DNA of 64,000 nucleotides. It comes from an uncultured Acidimicrobiia bacterium. GTDB taxonomy: Bacteria > Acidobacteriota > Terriglobia > Versatilivoradales > Versatilivoraceae. The notes beneath the pieces are model-generated. The model was not told where the DNA came from. It did no database searches and was given only the letters and a program-made list of their open reading frames with translations. Positions 1 through 11,754 of this stretch are shown here, in pieces. The DNA lies in the NCBI GenBank assembly GCA_963786955.1, contig CAWBAT010000008.1:320001-384000 (forward strand), written 5' to 3'. Both the position numbers and the translations under genes were made by a program. The stretch's first letter is position 1. Every line of letters begins with the position of its first letter.

Positions 1-464
1 ACAGATGTTATCCAAGTCTTACTCAGAAGGGGGATAATCAGAGACCGCAGAGTGCGACAGACGATGCCGCCGCAAGGAGTCGAACGCAGGAATACTGTTG
101 TCAGTACGAACGTGCCTTAGAAATCACGCAAAAACCAAAAATACTGAACAGCGATAACGTATCACTGGAGTAATCTTTCCATCTCGAATGATCACCTCAG
201 CAATTGTCCGCCCGTAACGGTCTTGACCTTTGGCTTCGACCTTAACCTCTTCCCCGAATACCAGTGAGGAGACAAATTGCTTGGCTCTGTTGCCTAAGGC
301 CTGCCCCTTTTCAGGCGCGTCAATGCAGCAAAGCCTCTGATTTTATGCGGCAGCGAGCAGGTTGCTTCATTGACAAGGGTGAATCATTCAGTCAATTTCC
401 TGAGAAGTCTTGAGGGTGCAGATTGTCTCCCTCTAATTGTTTGACAACTCCGGGGTGAAACAAG

Positions 465-1022
465 AAAGTCTCCCAACCGTGAACCGCTCAAAGTTACACG
501 GAAAGGAGACTTTTAGTGAACAATGTTGAAAGCCTAAGCCATACCAAGTGGGAATGCAAATACCACATTGTGTTTATCCCGAAGTATCGCAAGAAAGCGT
601 TGTACGGTGCACTTCGCCAACAATTGGGGGATTTACTAAGGCAGTTGGCGATGCAACGAGAGAGCCGGATCGAAGAAGGCCATTTGATGCGGGACCATGT
701 GCATATGCTCGTGTCCATTCCGCCAAAGTACTCCGTATCCCAGGTGGTTGGATACCTGAAGGGAAAAGTGCCATCCACATTGCTCGGACATTCTTGGGAA
801 AGCCGAGAAACTTCACGGGTGAGAGTTTCTGGGCGAGAGGATACTTCGTTTCGACAGTAGGAAGAGATGAGCAGCAAATCCGCGAGTACATAAAAAAGCA
901 AGACCAGGAAGACCAGCGAATAGATCAACAAACGATGTTCAGCAAGTAGCCACTTTGAGTGGCTCCAAACATAAACCGCTTTGAGCGGTTCACAAAATCA
1001 AGCCTCCGGCTTTGCCGGAGGT
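465..1022 (+). mobile_element. IS200-like element (IS200/IS605 family, tnpA only)
   Basis: tnpA flanked by a left hairpin (aaagtctcc...ggagacttt, 465-513) and three right-end hairpins (agccactttgagtggct, aaccgctttgagcggtt, cctccggctttgccggagg). Exact ends uncertain. Confidence 0.85.
516..949 (+). CDS. tnpA: IS200/IS605 Y1 HUH transposase, frameshifted near 765
   Basis: SHTKWECKYHIVFIPKYRKK, HUH motif DHVHML, YLKGK continuing in a second frame as SAIHIAR...FWARGYFVSTVG...IREYIKKQ. Confidence 0.95.
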
Positions 1023-1304
1023 CTTTTGTTTTTTTGCTCTTTCTTATGCGTGCCCTAACGAAAATCCCCACCAGTGTTTAGAAGAGATACGAAGCGGGAT
1101 TGGTATTCACCGGTCGCTCCTGACGGAGCTCTGTTCTTTAACTAACAGCAGATTCTAGATACAGGTCGCCGCTCTGCGGCTTTGTCCTTGATGGAATTTT
1201 CGCCACTCTCAATCTTTCAACAAGCCGTTGGGTTCGACAAAGCTTGTCAAGCAGCCAAGTGATATTTTCGGTCAAGAAAAAAGATGAAAGGAAGTTTGGA
1301 AAGT

Positions 1305-1393
1305 TGGTGCCGGAGGGGGGACTTGAACCCCCACGATGGGTGACCATCGCTAGATTTTGAGTCTAGTGCGTCTGCCAATTCCGCCACTCCGGC
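1305..1393 (-). tRNA. tRNA-Leu(CAA)
   Basis: Reverse complement GCCGGAGTGGCGGAATTGGCAGACGC-ACTAGACTCAAAATCTAG-long variable arm-GGGGGTTCAAGTCCCCC-CTCCGGCACCA; CAA anticodon, encoded CCA. Confidence 0.97.
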
Positions 1394-1684
1394 CTGGGAA
1401 AAATGCGGATCTACTGCGGTTTACAGCTGCCATCCAAGAAGGCCAACTGTAGAGCAGCCACTATAGTCGAATCACCGGAACGCGTCAAGCCACTGAGGAG
1501 GAAGCCAGGAGGGGGCCTGAAGAGGAATGCGAAACACCCAGGGGAAAAGGGTCAAGGCAGAAGAAATAGGGAACAGGGAACAAGGGAACAAGTGACTCGG
1601 AGAGCATCCGTCTGAACTGCAGATTTTCCCGGCGGGGCCTGCGACAACCCCCTTGCCCCCAGAAACTGTGAAGAAATTGGAAAA

Positions 1685-1763
1685 CGCCGCGTGGGGTCAC
1701 GCGGCCTACAATGATTTCAAAGGGCTTGCCACCGGTTTGTAGGCCGGGTCCCCTGACCCGGCG
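1685..1763. repeat. REP doublet, GTAGGCCG family (A)
   Basis: cgccgcgtggggtcacgcggcctaca ... tgtaggccgggtcccctgacccggcg; same family as the REPs flanking the RAYT gene. Confidence 0.85.
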
Positions 1764-1805
1764 CAATCTCCCTCCTAATCAACGTGGGGATGTGGCAATC
1801 AGATC

Positions 1806-2801
1806 TTACCAGCGAAAGATGGCGGCGCCCCAAGTCAACCCGGAGCCGAAAGCGGCCAGGACAACCACATCTCCCGAGTGAAGTCGACCCGCTTGGATGG
1901 CTTCATCCAGCGCAATGGGGATCGAGGCTGCCGTTGTATTGCCATATTTTTCGATGTTATTGAAAGTTTTCTCAATTGGGAGATTAAGAGCCTGACTAAC
2001 GGCTTCAACAATTCGCAGATTGGCCTGATGCAGAATGAGTAAACTGAGGTCTTTCAACTCGAGATGATTGGCGGAAAGGGCTTCATGGATGACTTCCTGA
2101 AAGCGTTCGACGGCCTGTTTAAACACAAACCGGCCATCCATTTTCGGGTAATGGCGTCCCTCTCGAAGCATCTCCTGGGAAATTCTTGGATGGCAAATGG
2201 AGGCAGGCGCCTCGAGCCAGAGCTTCTTGGCGTATCGCCCTTCAGCATGAAGATGGGTGGAAAGTAGATGTCCCTGGCCTTCGCCGGCGGGACCTAACAC
2301 GACGGCCCCTGCTCCGTCTCCGAAGAGAACTCCCATATCCCTTCCGTGAGTATTTAATTCGAGTCCGGTAGATTGGACCTCGGCTCCGACCAGCAGGATG
2401 CGACTGTACGTGCCTGTCCGGATGTACTGGTCTGCCACGGAAAGGCCGTAAATAAAGCCCGAACACTGGTTACGCACATCTAGAGCGCCAATTGGCTTGA
2501 TCCCCAGCTTTTCCTGCAGCAGACATCCGGAACCTGGAAACGTATAGTCCGGGGTGAGAGTCGCGAAGATAATAAAATCGATTTCATCAGGCTGGACCTG
2601 TGCTGCCTCGAGAGCTCGTAACGATGCCTGAAAGCCAAGATCCGCAGTGCCCTCTCCCTCTTCGACGAAGCGGCGTTCGCGGATACCCGTCCGCTGCTGA
2701 ATCCACTCTGTAGAAGTATCCATCAGCTTTTCGAGATCCGCATTGGTCACAACCCGCTTGGGAAGAAAAGATCCTGTTCCAAGAATTTTTGAACGCAACA
2801 C
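1806..2801 (-). CDS. fabH: 3-oxoacyl-ACP synthase III
   Basis: WIQQRTGIRERR, catalytic Cys in NQCSGF, LFGDGAGA, HQAN, YGNTTAAS, FGSGLTWG. GTG start at 2801 with a GGAG RBS. Confidence 0.95.
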   Translation of the reverse strand: MLRSKILGTGSFLPKRVVTNADLEKLMDTSTEWIQQRTGIRERRFVEEGEGTADLGFQASLRALEAAQVQPDEIDFIIFATLTPDYTFPGSGCLLQEKLGIKPIGALDVRNQCSGFIYGLSVADQYIRTGTYSRILLVGAEVQSTGLELNTHGRDMGVLFGDGAGAVVLGPAGEGQGHLLSTHLHAEGRYAKKLWLEAPASICHPRISQEMLREGRHYPKMDGRFVFKQAVERFQEVIHEALSANHLELKDLSLLILHQANLRIVEAVSQALNLPIEKTFNNIEKYGNTTAASIPIALDEAIQAGRLHSGDVVVLAAFGSGLTWGAAIFRW

Positions 2802-2820
2802 GGTAATCTCCTGAAATATT

Positions 2821-2893
2821 CCAAAGTCCAGGGTCTTAGGTCGGAAGTCAAAGGTCAAAGGACTAAGGTCGAATGTCGAAGACCCCAAGGTCA
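2821..2893. repeat. Degenerate heptamer tandem repeat (approx. AAGGTCR)
   Basis: aaagtcc agggtct taggtcg gaagtca aaggtca aaggact aaggtcg aatgtcg; period 7. Confidence 0.75.
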
Positions 2894-2918
2894 TCAACTT
2901 CACATTCAAACGTGAAGA

Positions 2919-3449
2919 CTCAGTCCCCCGTCGACGACCAGGGCTTGCCCGGTAATGTAGTTATTGGGCTCGAGTAGAAAGCGGACGGCGCCCAGGCTAA
3001 ATCTTCCGGGCGGCCAAACCGCTGGACAGCCTTGTTTTCGACGAAGCGGTCATATTTTCCGGAACTGACCGAACTCTCGGCCATCCCGGCGATGGTCGCG
3101 CCTGGCGCCACGACATTGACCCGAATATAGTGACGGCCACCACTCCTGTCCAATATCCGCAGGCATGGACCAGGCAACTTGGGGGCAGCATAATTGAGTT
3201 TTTTCAAAACCACGGTCCCTTGCATTAGGAGATCAGCACGGCTCCCGGCGACCGATTGATGAATCAAGTGTTCTCCAATTTCCCTGGCCAGCAACGGGCC
3301 TGCGAAATTGGATTCAAGGACTTCAGAAGGTCGGCAGCATCAGATCCTAAAGCAAGCGAGCAGGCTCTCCGATCAGGCCAGCCGGATGGCCGTTCCTCAA
3401 TCGTGTCGGTTGCGCCTGTAATGTTCCGGCAAAAGTTGAGTGCCGCCAT
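2919..3449 (-). pseudogene. Degraded SDR (FabG-like) oxidoreductase
   Basis: Remnant motifs NYAAPK, IRVNVVAPG, RFGRPEDLA and, in a shifted frame, YITGQALVVDGG. N-terminal half decayed; upstream limit approximate. Confidence 0.7.
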
Positions 3450-4224
3450 TTCCCCGGGATTTTACCAAGCGCTCTCTAAACGATATCAACAATGGGGACG
3501 GCTTTCAAGCATCAAGGCAAAGAGCCGCGGATTGAGCCGTGGCTGCCTCCAAGCTTTCGCGAAAATTGCTCTGCGGTAATATGATTGATGGAATCGACAA
3601 CAGCCGATTACCCAGGCATTGTAGGCAACAATTCCTTAATTCAGAGTGTGTCATTTTCTGTACCTTGTCCAACCTTGAATCATCACGGAGAAAGCATTTG
3701 GAGGCCGTCCCCGAAATGCCTTGCCCCTGCGCCAAGGAATCAGAGTAGGGTCTTACTCGTTTTTACCACTAATTTACAGGCGTCGCCAAATTTTTAATGA
3801 ATGAGACAAGCAGAATTTCCGAAAAGGTTAGCAGGAGGATTCCCATGGTAAATGGGTCTCCCTCTGGAGTGTGATAGAGGGGGAATAACGACTGATCTGG
3901 GAGTTTCTCAATGAACGCGCTCAAGACGATCTTCTTCCTTTTTATAGTCACCATGCTTTCCTTTGACACAGCTTTGTTTCTGAACTGGGCTTTCTTATCC
4001 ATTCTGCTCAAAGCGATGGAGAAGGTCTCGAGTTCTCCAAAGGTAAGAGTTCCTTCCCGACTGATTTCCTGTCTCAAACTCCTGTGCCCTCAGTTTGACA
4101 GGTCCATGACTAATTGATAACATGCCTTTTTGACTTTGGTGGGATGACAAGCTTTTATAGGGCTGACGGTCATTTTCTCCTTCCTGAGGAACTCTCTTCC
4201 CAGACCCATTTTGGAGGCATTCAT

Positions 4225-4938
4225 TTGGCGCGGCTGACACGACATGAAATCCTGAAAGAAGACCATTTTCTGCTTGCGGTAGAAAAAATCCGTGATTTCT
4301 TTCTGACACGACGAAAAGCAGTTTTATTGGGCGCGGGGGTTTTTGGAGTTGTCCTCGTGCTTGTCCTCGGGCTTCGCTATGCGCTGGCAACGCAAGACGA
4401 AAAATCGAAAGATGCCTTGAGCAATGCGCTCAAGCACTTCCATGGTCCATTGACCGGTTCTCCAGAGGCACCCAATGTCGATGTGAGTTTTCTTACCGAG
4501 AACCAGAAATTCGAAAAGGCCCTAGCGGAGTTTCAGACTGTCGGTTCGCGCTATGCCTCACGCCCGGCAGGCAAGATCGCAAAGTACTATTCGGGTCTTT
4601 GTCTTAGGAATCTCAATAGGACCGACGAAGCGATCAAGGAATTGGAACCCTTGAGTAGAGAGAAATCCGATTACGGGGCCTTGGCTCTGGAAGTGCTTGG
4701 ATCGATTTATGAGAACTCAGGGAATACGGCAAAGGCCATTGAGGTTTATCAAAAACTCGTTGCGAATGATGCCCCTGCTGCTCCGAACAGTTTGGATTTA
4801 CTACACTTGGCTAAGCTGTATGAGCAGCAGAACAACTCTGCAGAGTCAGTCAAGATCTACCAGCGAGTGATCAAAGAATTTCCTGGGAGCTCTTATGCCA
4901 GTGACGCGGAACAGAAGTTGAAACAACTTTCTCGATAG
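4225..4938 (+). CDS. Membrane-anchored tetratricopeptide-repeat protein (YfgM-like)
   Basis: LTRHEILKEDHF N-terminus, one TM helix, TPR helices; TTG start after GGAGG. Confidence 0.8.
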   Translation: MARLTRHEILKEDHFLLAVEKIRDFFLTRRKAVLLGAGVFGVVLVLVLGLRYALATQDEKSKDALSNALKHFHGPLTGSPEAPNVDVSFLTENQKFEKALAEFQTVGSRYASRPAGKIAKYYSGLCLRNLNRTDEAIKELEPLSREKSDYGALALEVLGSIYENSGNTAKAIEVYQKLVANDAPAAPNSLDLLHLAKLYEQQNNSAESVKIYQRVIKEFPGSSYASDAEQKLKQLSR

Positions 4939-5063
4939 CCTCTCATCCAGGCAGCGGCCCTTCCCACTATACGGCGTAAGTTGGCGGAAAAGTGGGGCTA
5001 AGCTCACAGTTCCCCGGGACAGCTCTCAAGGTAAGAACAGTCCATCCTCTCTTAATTCCCCTC

Positions 5064-6106
5064 ATGAGTACTCCTATCCGGCAATTGATTGAGTCTCGCG
5101 AAGAAAAAATTCTTGCACCTCAGGCTGCGTTGAGCTCACGAACACGAGGCCGCGCAAAGAAAGAGGAAGAATGTCCCATTCGGACCGCTTTTCAGCGCGA
5201 CCGGGATCGCATTCTTCATTCCAAAGCGTTCCGCCGTTTGAAACACAAGACTCAAGTCTTTCTCTCTCCTGAAGGGGACCATTACCGGACGCGTCTCACC
5301 CATACGCTTGAGGTTACACAGATAGCTCGGACGATCAGCCGCGCCCTTCGATTGAATGAAGATCTGACGGAGGCCATTGGCCTGGGCCATGACTTGGGCC
5401 ATACACCCTTTGGACATGCAGGGGAAGCGATTCTGAGCGAAATTGTCCCCGGGGGATTTCGACATTATGAACAAAGTCTTCGCGTCGTTGAGAAATTAGA
5501 AGCGAATGGTGAGGGTCTCAATCTCACTTGGGAAGTTCGTGACGGGATAGTGAAACACTCTAAAGGTGCAGGCGCGGTCTTTACCAAACAAGACAAAGGC
5601 CGCCCCGCTACTCTTGAAGGTCAGGTGGTTACGAGTCTCCGATATCATTGCCTATGTGAATCACGACTTGGACGATGCAGTCCGCTCAGGGTTAATTAAG
5701 ACCAAAGACATACCCAAGCACATCATTGAAATACTCGGCAATAGCCATTCGAAACGAATCAATACACTCGTGAGCAATGTTATTTATTCTAGCCTGAATC
5801 AGGATCTCCAAGCGGTGACCATGGATGAAGATGTATTGAAGGCGATGCTGGATCTCCGCCAGTTTCTCTATCAAACGGTATACGAACTGAGCATTCCCCA
5901 AGCTGAATTCCTCAAGGCCAAGAAAATCCTGAATGACGTCTTTGTTCATGTTCTTCAACATCCCGAAGACCTTCCTTCCCAGGCTCCAGTCAAAGGGTGA
6001 TTCCATCGAACAGATGACTACCGATTTCGTGGCGGGCATGACGGACCGGTATGCGATCCGTCTCTACGAAAAACTGTTCCTCCCTAAGGTCTGGAATTTA
6101 TTGTGA
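5064..6106 (+). CDS. dgt: Deoxyguanosinetriphosphate triphosphohydrolase-like HD protein, two frameshifts
   Basis: [71 protein letters not shown]. Confidence 0.92.
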
Positions 6107-6150
6107 AGCTGAAGGCCCGGTGCCCTCACTACAAAGGCAAGGGGTTATTG

Positions 6151-6213
6151 TTGGTAGGGCGGTTTCGCCGAAACCGCCGATTGGCGGCGCGTACGGCGTG
6201 CACGCCCTACCAA
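6151..6213. repeat. REP doublet, GGTAGGGCG family (B)
   Basis: ttggtagggcggtttcgccgaaaccgcc...ggcgcgtacggcgtgcacgccctaccaa; near-identical copy at 14463-14525. Confidence 0.85.
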
Positions 6214-6457
6214 AAGCGGGTGCAGGCGTCCAGCGTGCGCCACAACCTTGTGCTGCGGGCCCCTAGCCTGCTCTCTGAGTTACCCGTCCAAACCATTTGA
6301 GCGGACCACCCTTTCCAAACGGTTTCTAAACTGTTAGGATCTACGCTTGATATTTGCATTCCTCCTTTTTCTGAATACTCATCGTCTGATCATTCCGATC
6401 GATATTGTGCAAGAAGAAACAAGGCGCTTGGATCGGCAAAGGCTTGTCCCTTGACCC

Positions 6458-7937
6458 TTGCACCTTGCTCCTTATCGACAGGAGGCACTTACGAGCAAAG
6501 CCGCTGAAGTCGAACTGGTCAAAGGATTGGGACTGATCGATGCCACGATGTTGATTGTGGGATCAATGATCGGTTCTGGGATCTTTATCGTGACAGCCGA
6601 TATTGCAAGAGCGGTCGAGTCTCCCGGCCTTCTCCTTTTAGTCTGGATCCTGGGCGGTGCAATGACGGTCATGAGTGCTCTCAGTTACGGGGAACTGTCT
6701 GCAGCCATGCCCAAAGCCGGAGGGCAGTATGTGTTCCTGAAGGAAGCCTATGGCCGGCTTTGGGGATTTCTCTACGGGTGGACCCTTTTCCTTGTGATTC
6801 AAACCGGAACCATCGCGGCCGTGGCCGTGGGATTCTCGAGATATCTCGGGGTGTTCGTCCCTCTTACTCATGTTTTCTATCAAACAAACATTTTTGGGCG
6901 AGCCATTGTGGTTGACCTGAAACAAATTGTCGCTGTGACCGTGATCTTGTTTCTCTCCTTTATTAATTGCTTCGGGATCCGTCTCGGTGCCCATGTTCAA
7001 AATGTTTTTACTTTTCTCAAAATATTCGCGTTACTGGCTCTGATCGTGCTCGGACTAGGTTTTTCGGCGGGAGCTTGGGCTCACTTCTTGCCCTTCTTTC
7101 CTCATCTGGATTCGATCCATCAGATTGTCATGCAATTTAGAAGCTCTGCCTCTCCATTACTCAATTCCGACTCGACTTTTCTAAACCTGGTTCTCTTGAT
7201 TGGCGTGGCAATGATTGGTGCGTTGTTCTCGGCGGATGCTTGGAATAATCTGACTTTTACAGCCGGCGAAGTCAAAAATCCTTCGCGGACTTTGCCTCTA
7301 GCCCTTTTTAGCGGGACATTTCTGGTCTCTTTACTTTATGTGTTGGTCAACATCGGATACCTTCACGTCTTGCCTGTCGCAGAAATCGCCAAAACCGACA
7401 AGATCGCTGCGACCGTTGCGAATGTTGTGCTGGGGCCAATTGGCAATCGCCTGGTTTCTTTTGCTATTTTAGTTTCCACCTTTGGATGCTTAAACGGGAT
7501 TATCCTATCGGGTCCGAGAGTTTATTATGCCATGGCTCGAGATCAGCTTTTTTTTGCGAGAGTGGCCGAGATCCATCCGCGCTTCCGAACCCCCATCAAG
7601 TCTTTGGCACTGCAAGCAGTTTGGGCCTCTTTATTGACTCTGAGCGGAACCTACAGCCAACTGCTCAGCTACGTCATTTCCGCGGCCTTGTTGTTCTATA
7701 TCTCTGACGGTTTACGGAGTGATCGTGCTTCGCCGATCAAGACCCGACTTGAATCGTCCTTACCGAACCGTAGGATATCCTTATCTCCCCATAGTCTATG
7801 TTGGGTTGGCCGCCATTGTATTGGCTTGTAATTTAGTGGGTGATCCGAAGAACTCCTGGCCTGGTCTCGCGATCATCTTCTTAGGCCTGCCGGCATATTT
7901 TTATTGGAACCGGAAACAAGACCGCTCGGTACTTTAA
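6458..7937 (+). CDS. APC-family amino acid permease, frameshift near 7705
   Basis: GSMIGSGIF, ELSAAMPKAGGQYVFLKEAYG, GEVKNPSRTLP, PRVYYAMARD, RPYRTVGYP. True start probably near 6490. Confidence 0.9.
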
Positions 7938-8005
7938 GAGTTTGAGTTACGGGAACGCAAAAGTGTTTGAATGAGTGCACTGTTACACAAATTCATGGCA
8001 ATTGC

Positions 8006-8060
8006 TGTAGCCGGGGTCGTTGACCCCGGCCACAGGCCGGCCTCAGCGAGGCCAGCTACA
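8006..8060. repeat. REP doublet, GTAGCCGG family (D)
   Basis: tgtagccggggtcgttgaccccggc...gccggcctcagcgaggccagctaca; related copies near 33009 and 36802. Confidence 0.8.
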
Positions 8061-8206
8061 ACAAGGGCTTCGGCAACTGGGTACTAACCTGGAATTTGAC
8101 GGATCCAAATTCTCCAGCCGAGTACAGGGTACTTAGTTCCACCGTTATTATTGATTATTTCGATTTGCTGTCCCACGTGTGGAGAAAATGAGGACCGGAG
8201 GAGTAC

Positions 8207-9704
8207 ATGTCCATTTTTGCGACCAAGTCTATTGAACAGATCAGAATAGAGGCTGCCGCCAGCGGAGAGCACAGTCTAAAGCGGGTTCTCGGACCAGTCA
8301 ATCTGGTCACTCTGGGAATCGGGGCGATCATCGGTACGGGCATCTTTGTACTGACGGGACAAGCCGCAGCCGCCCACGCCGGGCCGGCCATCGTATTCTC
8401 GATGATTTTGGCTGGATTTGTCAGCGCTTTGGCCGGGTTATGTTACTCCGAGTTTGCCTCCACCGTTCCGATCGCCGGTTCGGCCTATACTTATGGTTAT
8501 GCCACCCTGGGGGAATTTGTGGCCTGGATCATCGGTTGGGACTTAATCCTGGAATATGCGTTGGGGGCTGCCACCGTGGCTGTCGGCTGGTCTGGATACT
8601 TAATTAGTATCCTTCACGATTTTGGAATTCAATTCCCAGCGGCTTTAAGCGCCGCCCCCGGAACCCTGGTTCACCTTGCAGATGGCGGAACGGTAACGGC
8701 TGTATTCAATCTCCCAGCGGTTCTTGTCACCATTGCAGTGACCATCTTACTGGTCATTGGGATTCAGGAATCCGCCAATGTCAATAGCGTGATCGTGATC
8801 ATTAAAGTCTTCGTGGTATTGGCGGTGATTGCGGCCGGGGCACGTTTCATCAATCCGGCCAATTGGCATCCTTTTATCCCCGAGAACCAGGGATAGTTTC
8901 GGCGATTACGGATGGAGCGGCATTTTTCGCGGAGCGGCGGTCATCTTTTTTGCTTATATTGGATTTGACGCCGTCTCGACGGCGGCCCAGGAAGCCAAAA
9001 ATCCCCAGCGGGATATGCCCATCGGCATTCTCGGGTCTTTGATCATCTGCACGGTGCTCTACGTGCTGGTCTCTGGAGTTATGGTCGGATTGGTTCCTTA
9101 TAAGCAATTGGGTGTGGCGGCTCCTATGGCGGTGGCTATTGATGCCGCCAGTGTCGCAGCCGCTGGAACCTCTTGGGAAGGATTTTTAAAGCTCATGCCC
9201 ATCGTTGTTAAATTGGGCGCTTTGGCTGGATTGAGTTCTGTGATGGTAGTGATGATGCTGGGGCAGCCACGGATTTTCTTTTCCATGGCCAACGATGGGC
9301 TGCTTCCTGCCTGGGCGAAGAAGGTTCATCCGAAGTTTCGGACCCCTTACGTAACCACGATCGTGACCGGACTTGGCGTCGCTATTGCATCCGGATTTAC
9401 TCCCATTAAGATCCTTGGAGAACTTGTTAGTATTGGGACCTTGATGGCGTTCGTGATCGTGTCCATTGGAGTCATCTTCCTAAGGTATAACCGGCCGGAG
9501 TTGGAGCGGCCCTTCAGGACGCCGCTGGTCCCGCTGATCCCCATTGTTTCCGCCCTCATCAGCCTGGTTCTCATGGCTAGTTTGCCCAAGGAAACCTGGG
9601 AACGCCTGATTATCTGGATGGTGATTGGAGTGGTGCTTTATTTTTCCTACGGATTCAGCCATAGCGAGTTGCGGAAGAGAGAAGATCGCGTAATAAAACC
9701 TTAG
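8207..9704 (+). CDS. APC-family (cationic-type) amino acid permease, frameshift near 8890
   Basis: GIGAIIGTGIFVLTG, CYSEFAS, AGSAYTY, FFAYIGFDAVSTAAQEAKNPQRDMP. Confidence 0.93.
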
Positions 9705-9745
9705 CGCTCTGGTTCATCAATATACTGACGTATTATTTAGATGGG

Positions 9746-9801
9746 CGCCGCGTGTGGTCACGCGGCCTACAACATTGTAGGCCGGCTGACCTCAGCCGGC
9801 G
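9746..9801. repeat. REP doublet (family A) immediately upstream of RAYT
   Basis: cgccgcgtgtggtcacgcggcctaca-aca-ttgtaggccggctgacctcagccggcg. Confidence 0.88.
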
Positions 9802-9821
9802 TCGCTTCTTAAGAGACGAAT

Positions 9822-10349
9822 GTGAACGCGACTCCTCGTTACCCTCACCGTCTACGCCGATTGGGTGAAGTTTGGATTGACGGAGGTCTTCCTCGTTACT
9901 TCATAACCATTTGTGTTGCGGAACGGAACAATGTTCTTGCCAATGACGTCGTCTATTCTCTCTTGGTCGTTTTTTTGCTAGGCAGCCCAAAACGATATCG
10001 TTGGTGGCCAAAACGCTTTGTGGTCATGCCTGATCATTTACATCTGATTGTTCAGCAAGGAAACAATTGTGTTTCACTGGGTCAGTGGATAAAAGCGATG
10101 AAAAGTTTTATTCGATCAAGTAGGGGGCATTGTAGGCCCGGTGACCGCACCGGGCGCCAAGAACTTTGGAGATGGCAGACCGGATTCTTCGACCACGTAT
10201 TACGGAATGATGAAAGTGAATCTGAAAAATGGAACTACGTTCTCATGAATCCGGTGCGTGCGGGTCTTGCAGAACGCCCCGAAGATTGGCCATACGGAAG
10301 TCAGATAGTTTACGATGAAAATGGTCCTCGGCTGATCTCCTCAACATAG
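9822..10349 (+). CDS. REP-associated tyrosine transposase (RAYT / TnpA-REP)
   Basis: YFITIC, HUH motif VVMPDHLHLI, WQTGFFDHVLR, YVLMNPVRAGL, DWPYGS; flanked by GTAG REPs. Confidence 0.92.
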   Translation: MNATPRYPHRLRRLGEVWIDGGLPRYFITICVAERNNVLANDVVYSLLVVFLLGSPKRYRWWPKRFVVMPDHLHLIVQQGNNCVSLGQWIKAMKSFIRSSRGHCRPGDRTGRQELWRWQTGFFDHVLRNDESESEKWNYVLMNPVRAGLAERPEDWPYGSQIVYDENGPRLISST

Positions 10350-10457
10350 CCGAAGTCAGTAGGAAATATTTCAGGATCGCTGGGTCATGACCCGGCCTTC
10401 AACGCCACCGATTTTAGGTAATGCAACGGAAGATTGTTTAGAAAGGAACGATAGAAG

Positions 10458-11663
10458 ATGCACAAAAAAAATGCTCCAACCAACACACTAAAGTGGGTCT
10501 TTCCATTTGCTTTTCTGGTCCTGAGTTCAGTCTTTTTAGTTTGGGCTGGAATAGGGGAATGTTTCTTGGGCTAAGGCCAGCGGATCCCAGTACTTAGTCT
10601 ATGTGGGCACATATACGGGTTCGACAAAGCGAGAGTAAAGGAATCTATGCTTTTCGAATGGATACCGCAACGGGGAGCTTGACCCCACTCGGACTGGCGG
10701 CTGAGACATCAGCCCAGGATTTCTGGCAGTCCACCCCAACGGCCGTTTCCTCTACGCCGTCAATGAAGTTTGCGAGATCGACGGAAAGAAAGGGGGCGCC
10801 GTACGCGGATTCACTCTCGATTCCAGCACGGGCAAGCTTACCTTGATGAACTGGCAGCCCTCCAAAGGGATCAATCCCTGTTATCTGACGGCAGATAAAA
10901 CGGGGAAAACCATTCTGGTGGCTAATTATGGCGGGACCGCCGCCGCCTTCCCGATTCAACCGGATGGTCATCTGAATGAGGCGTCATCCGTGATGGAACA
11001 TAAAGGATCCAGCACCGATCCGGCACGCCAAGAAGGTCCCCATCCGCATGGGATTTACCTAGACCCGGCCAATCATTTTGCGGTTGTGCCCGACCTGGGG
11101 CAAGACAAAGTACTGGTTTACCGTTTTGATTCCGCCCGGGGAACCCTTGTCGCAAACAATCCTCCTTTTGTTTCCCTGAAGCCTGGAGCCGGGCCGCGCC
11201 ATTTTGCCTTCCACCCAAAGGCGCGTTATGCCTACGTCATCAACGAGCTCAACTCGACCATCACCGCTTTTTCATACGATTCTTCGAAGGGGATTCTGAC
11301 AGAGATTCAGACCCTCTCGACTCTTCCTGCAGAGTTCAAAGGGAAGAATACGACGGCTGAAATTGCGGTCCATCCCTCGGGCAAATTCCTTTATGGCTCG
11401 AACCGAGGACATGACAGTATTGCCGTTTTTCAAATTGATCCAAGAAAGGGACCCTCACCCCTGCTCAGATCCAGTCTACGCTCGGCAAAACACCTCGCAA
11501 TTTTGGCATCGATCCGACAGGCAAATTTCTCTTAGCTGCCAATCAGGATTCCAATACTCTGGTGGTCTTTAAGATCGACCCGAATACCGGACATCTGACT
11601 CCGACCGGTGCACCAGTAAATGTGCCCAAGCCTGCCTGCGTGGTTTTTGTGCCGGTGAAATAA
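10458..11663 (+). CDS. Lactonase family (6-phosphogluconolactonase-like beta-propeller), several frameshifts
   Basis: YVGTY, LVANYGG, GPHPH, PDLGQDKV, GAGPRHFAFHP, YGSNRGHDSIAVF, PRNFGIDP, AANQDSN. Confidence 0.9.
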
Positions 11664-11754
11664 CAGTGGGACGAATCCGGCCGAGGGTCTTGAAGCGCCA
11701 AGGGCGCGAGCGGCCCGTTAGGAACAGCCACACTTCGGAATCCAACGAGAAAGG

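Noticed and set aside
950-1300. tnpB or an integrated island at the tRNA-Leu 3-prime end
   Set aside because: No tnpB ORF, integrase or duplicated tRNA 3-prime end is visible in the window.
2802-2909. N-terminal extension of FabH
   Set aside because: It is the translated heptamer repeat; the RBS supports the GTG at 2801.
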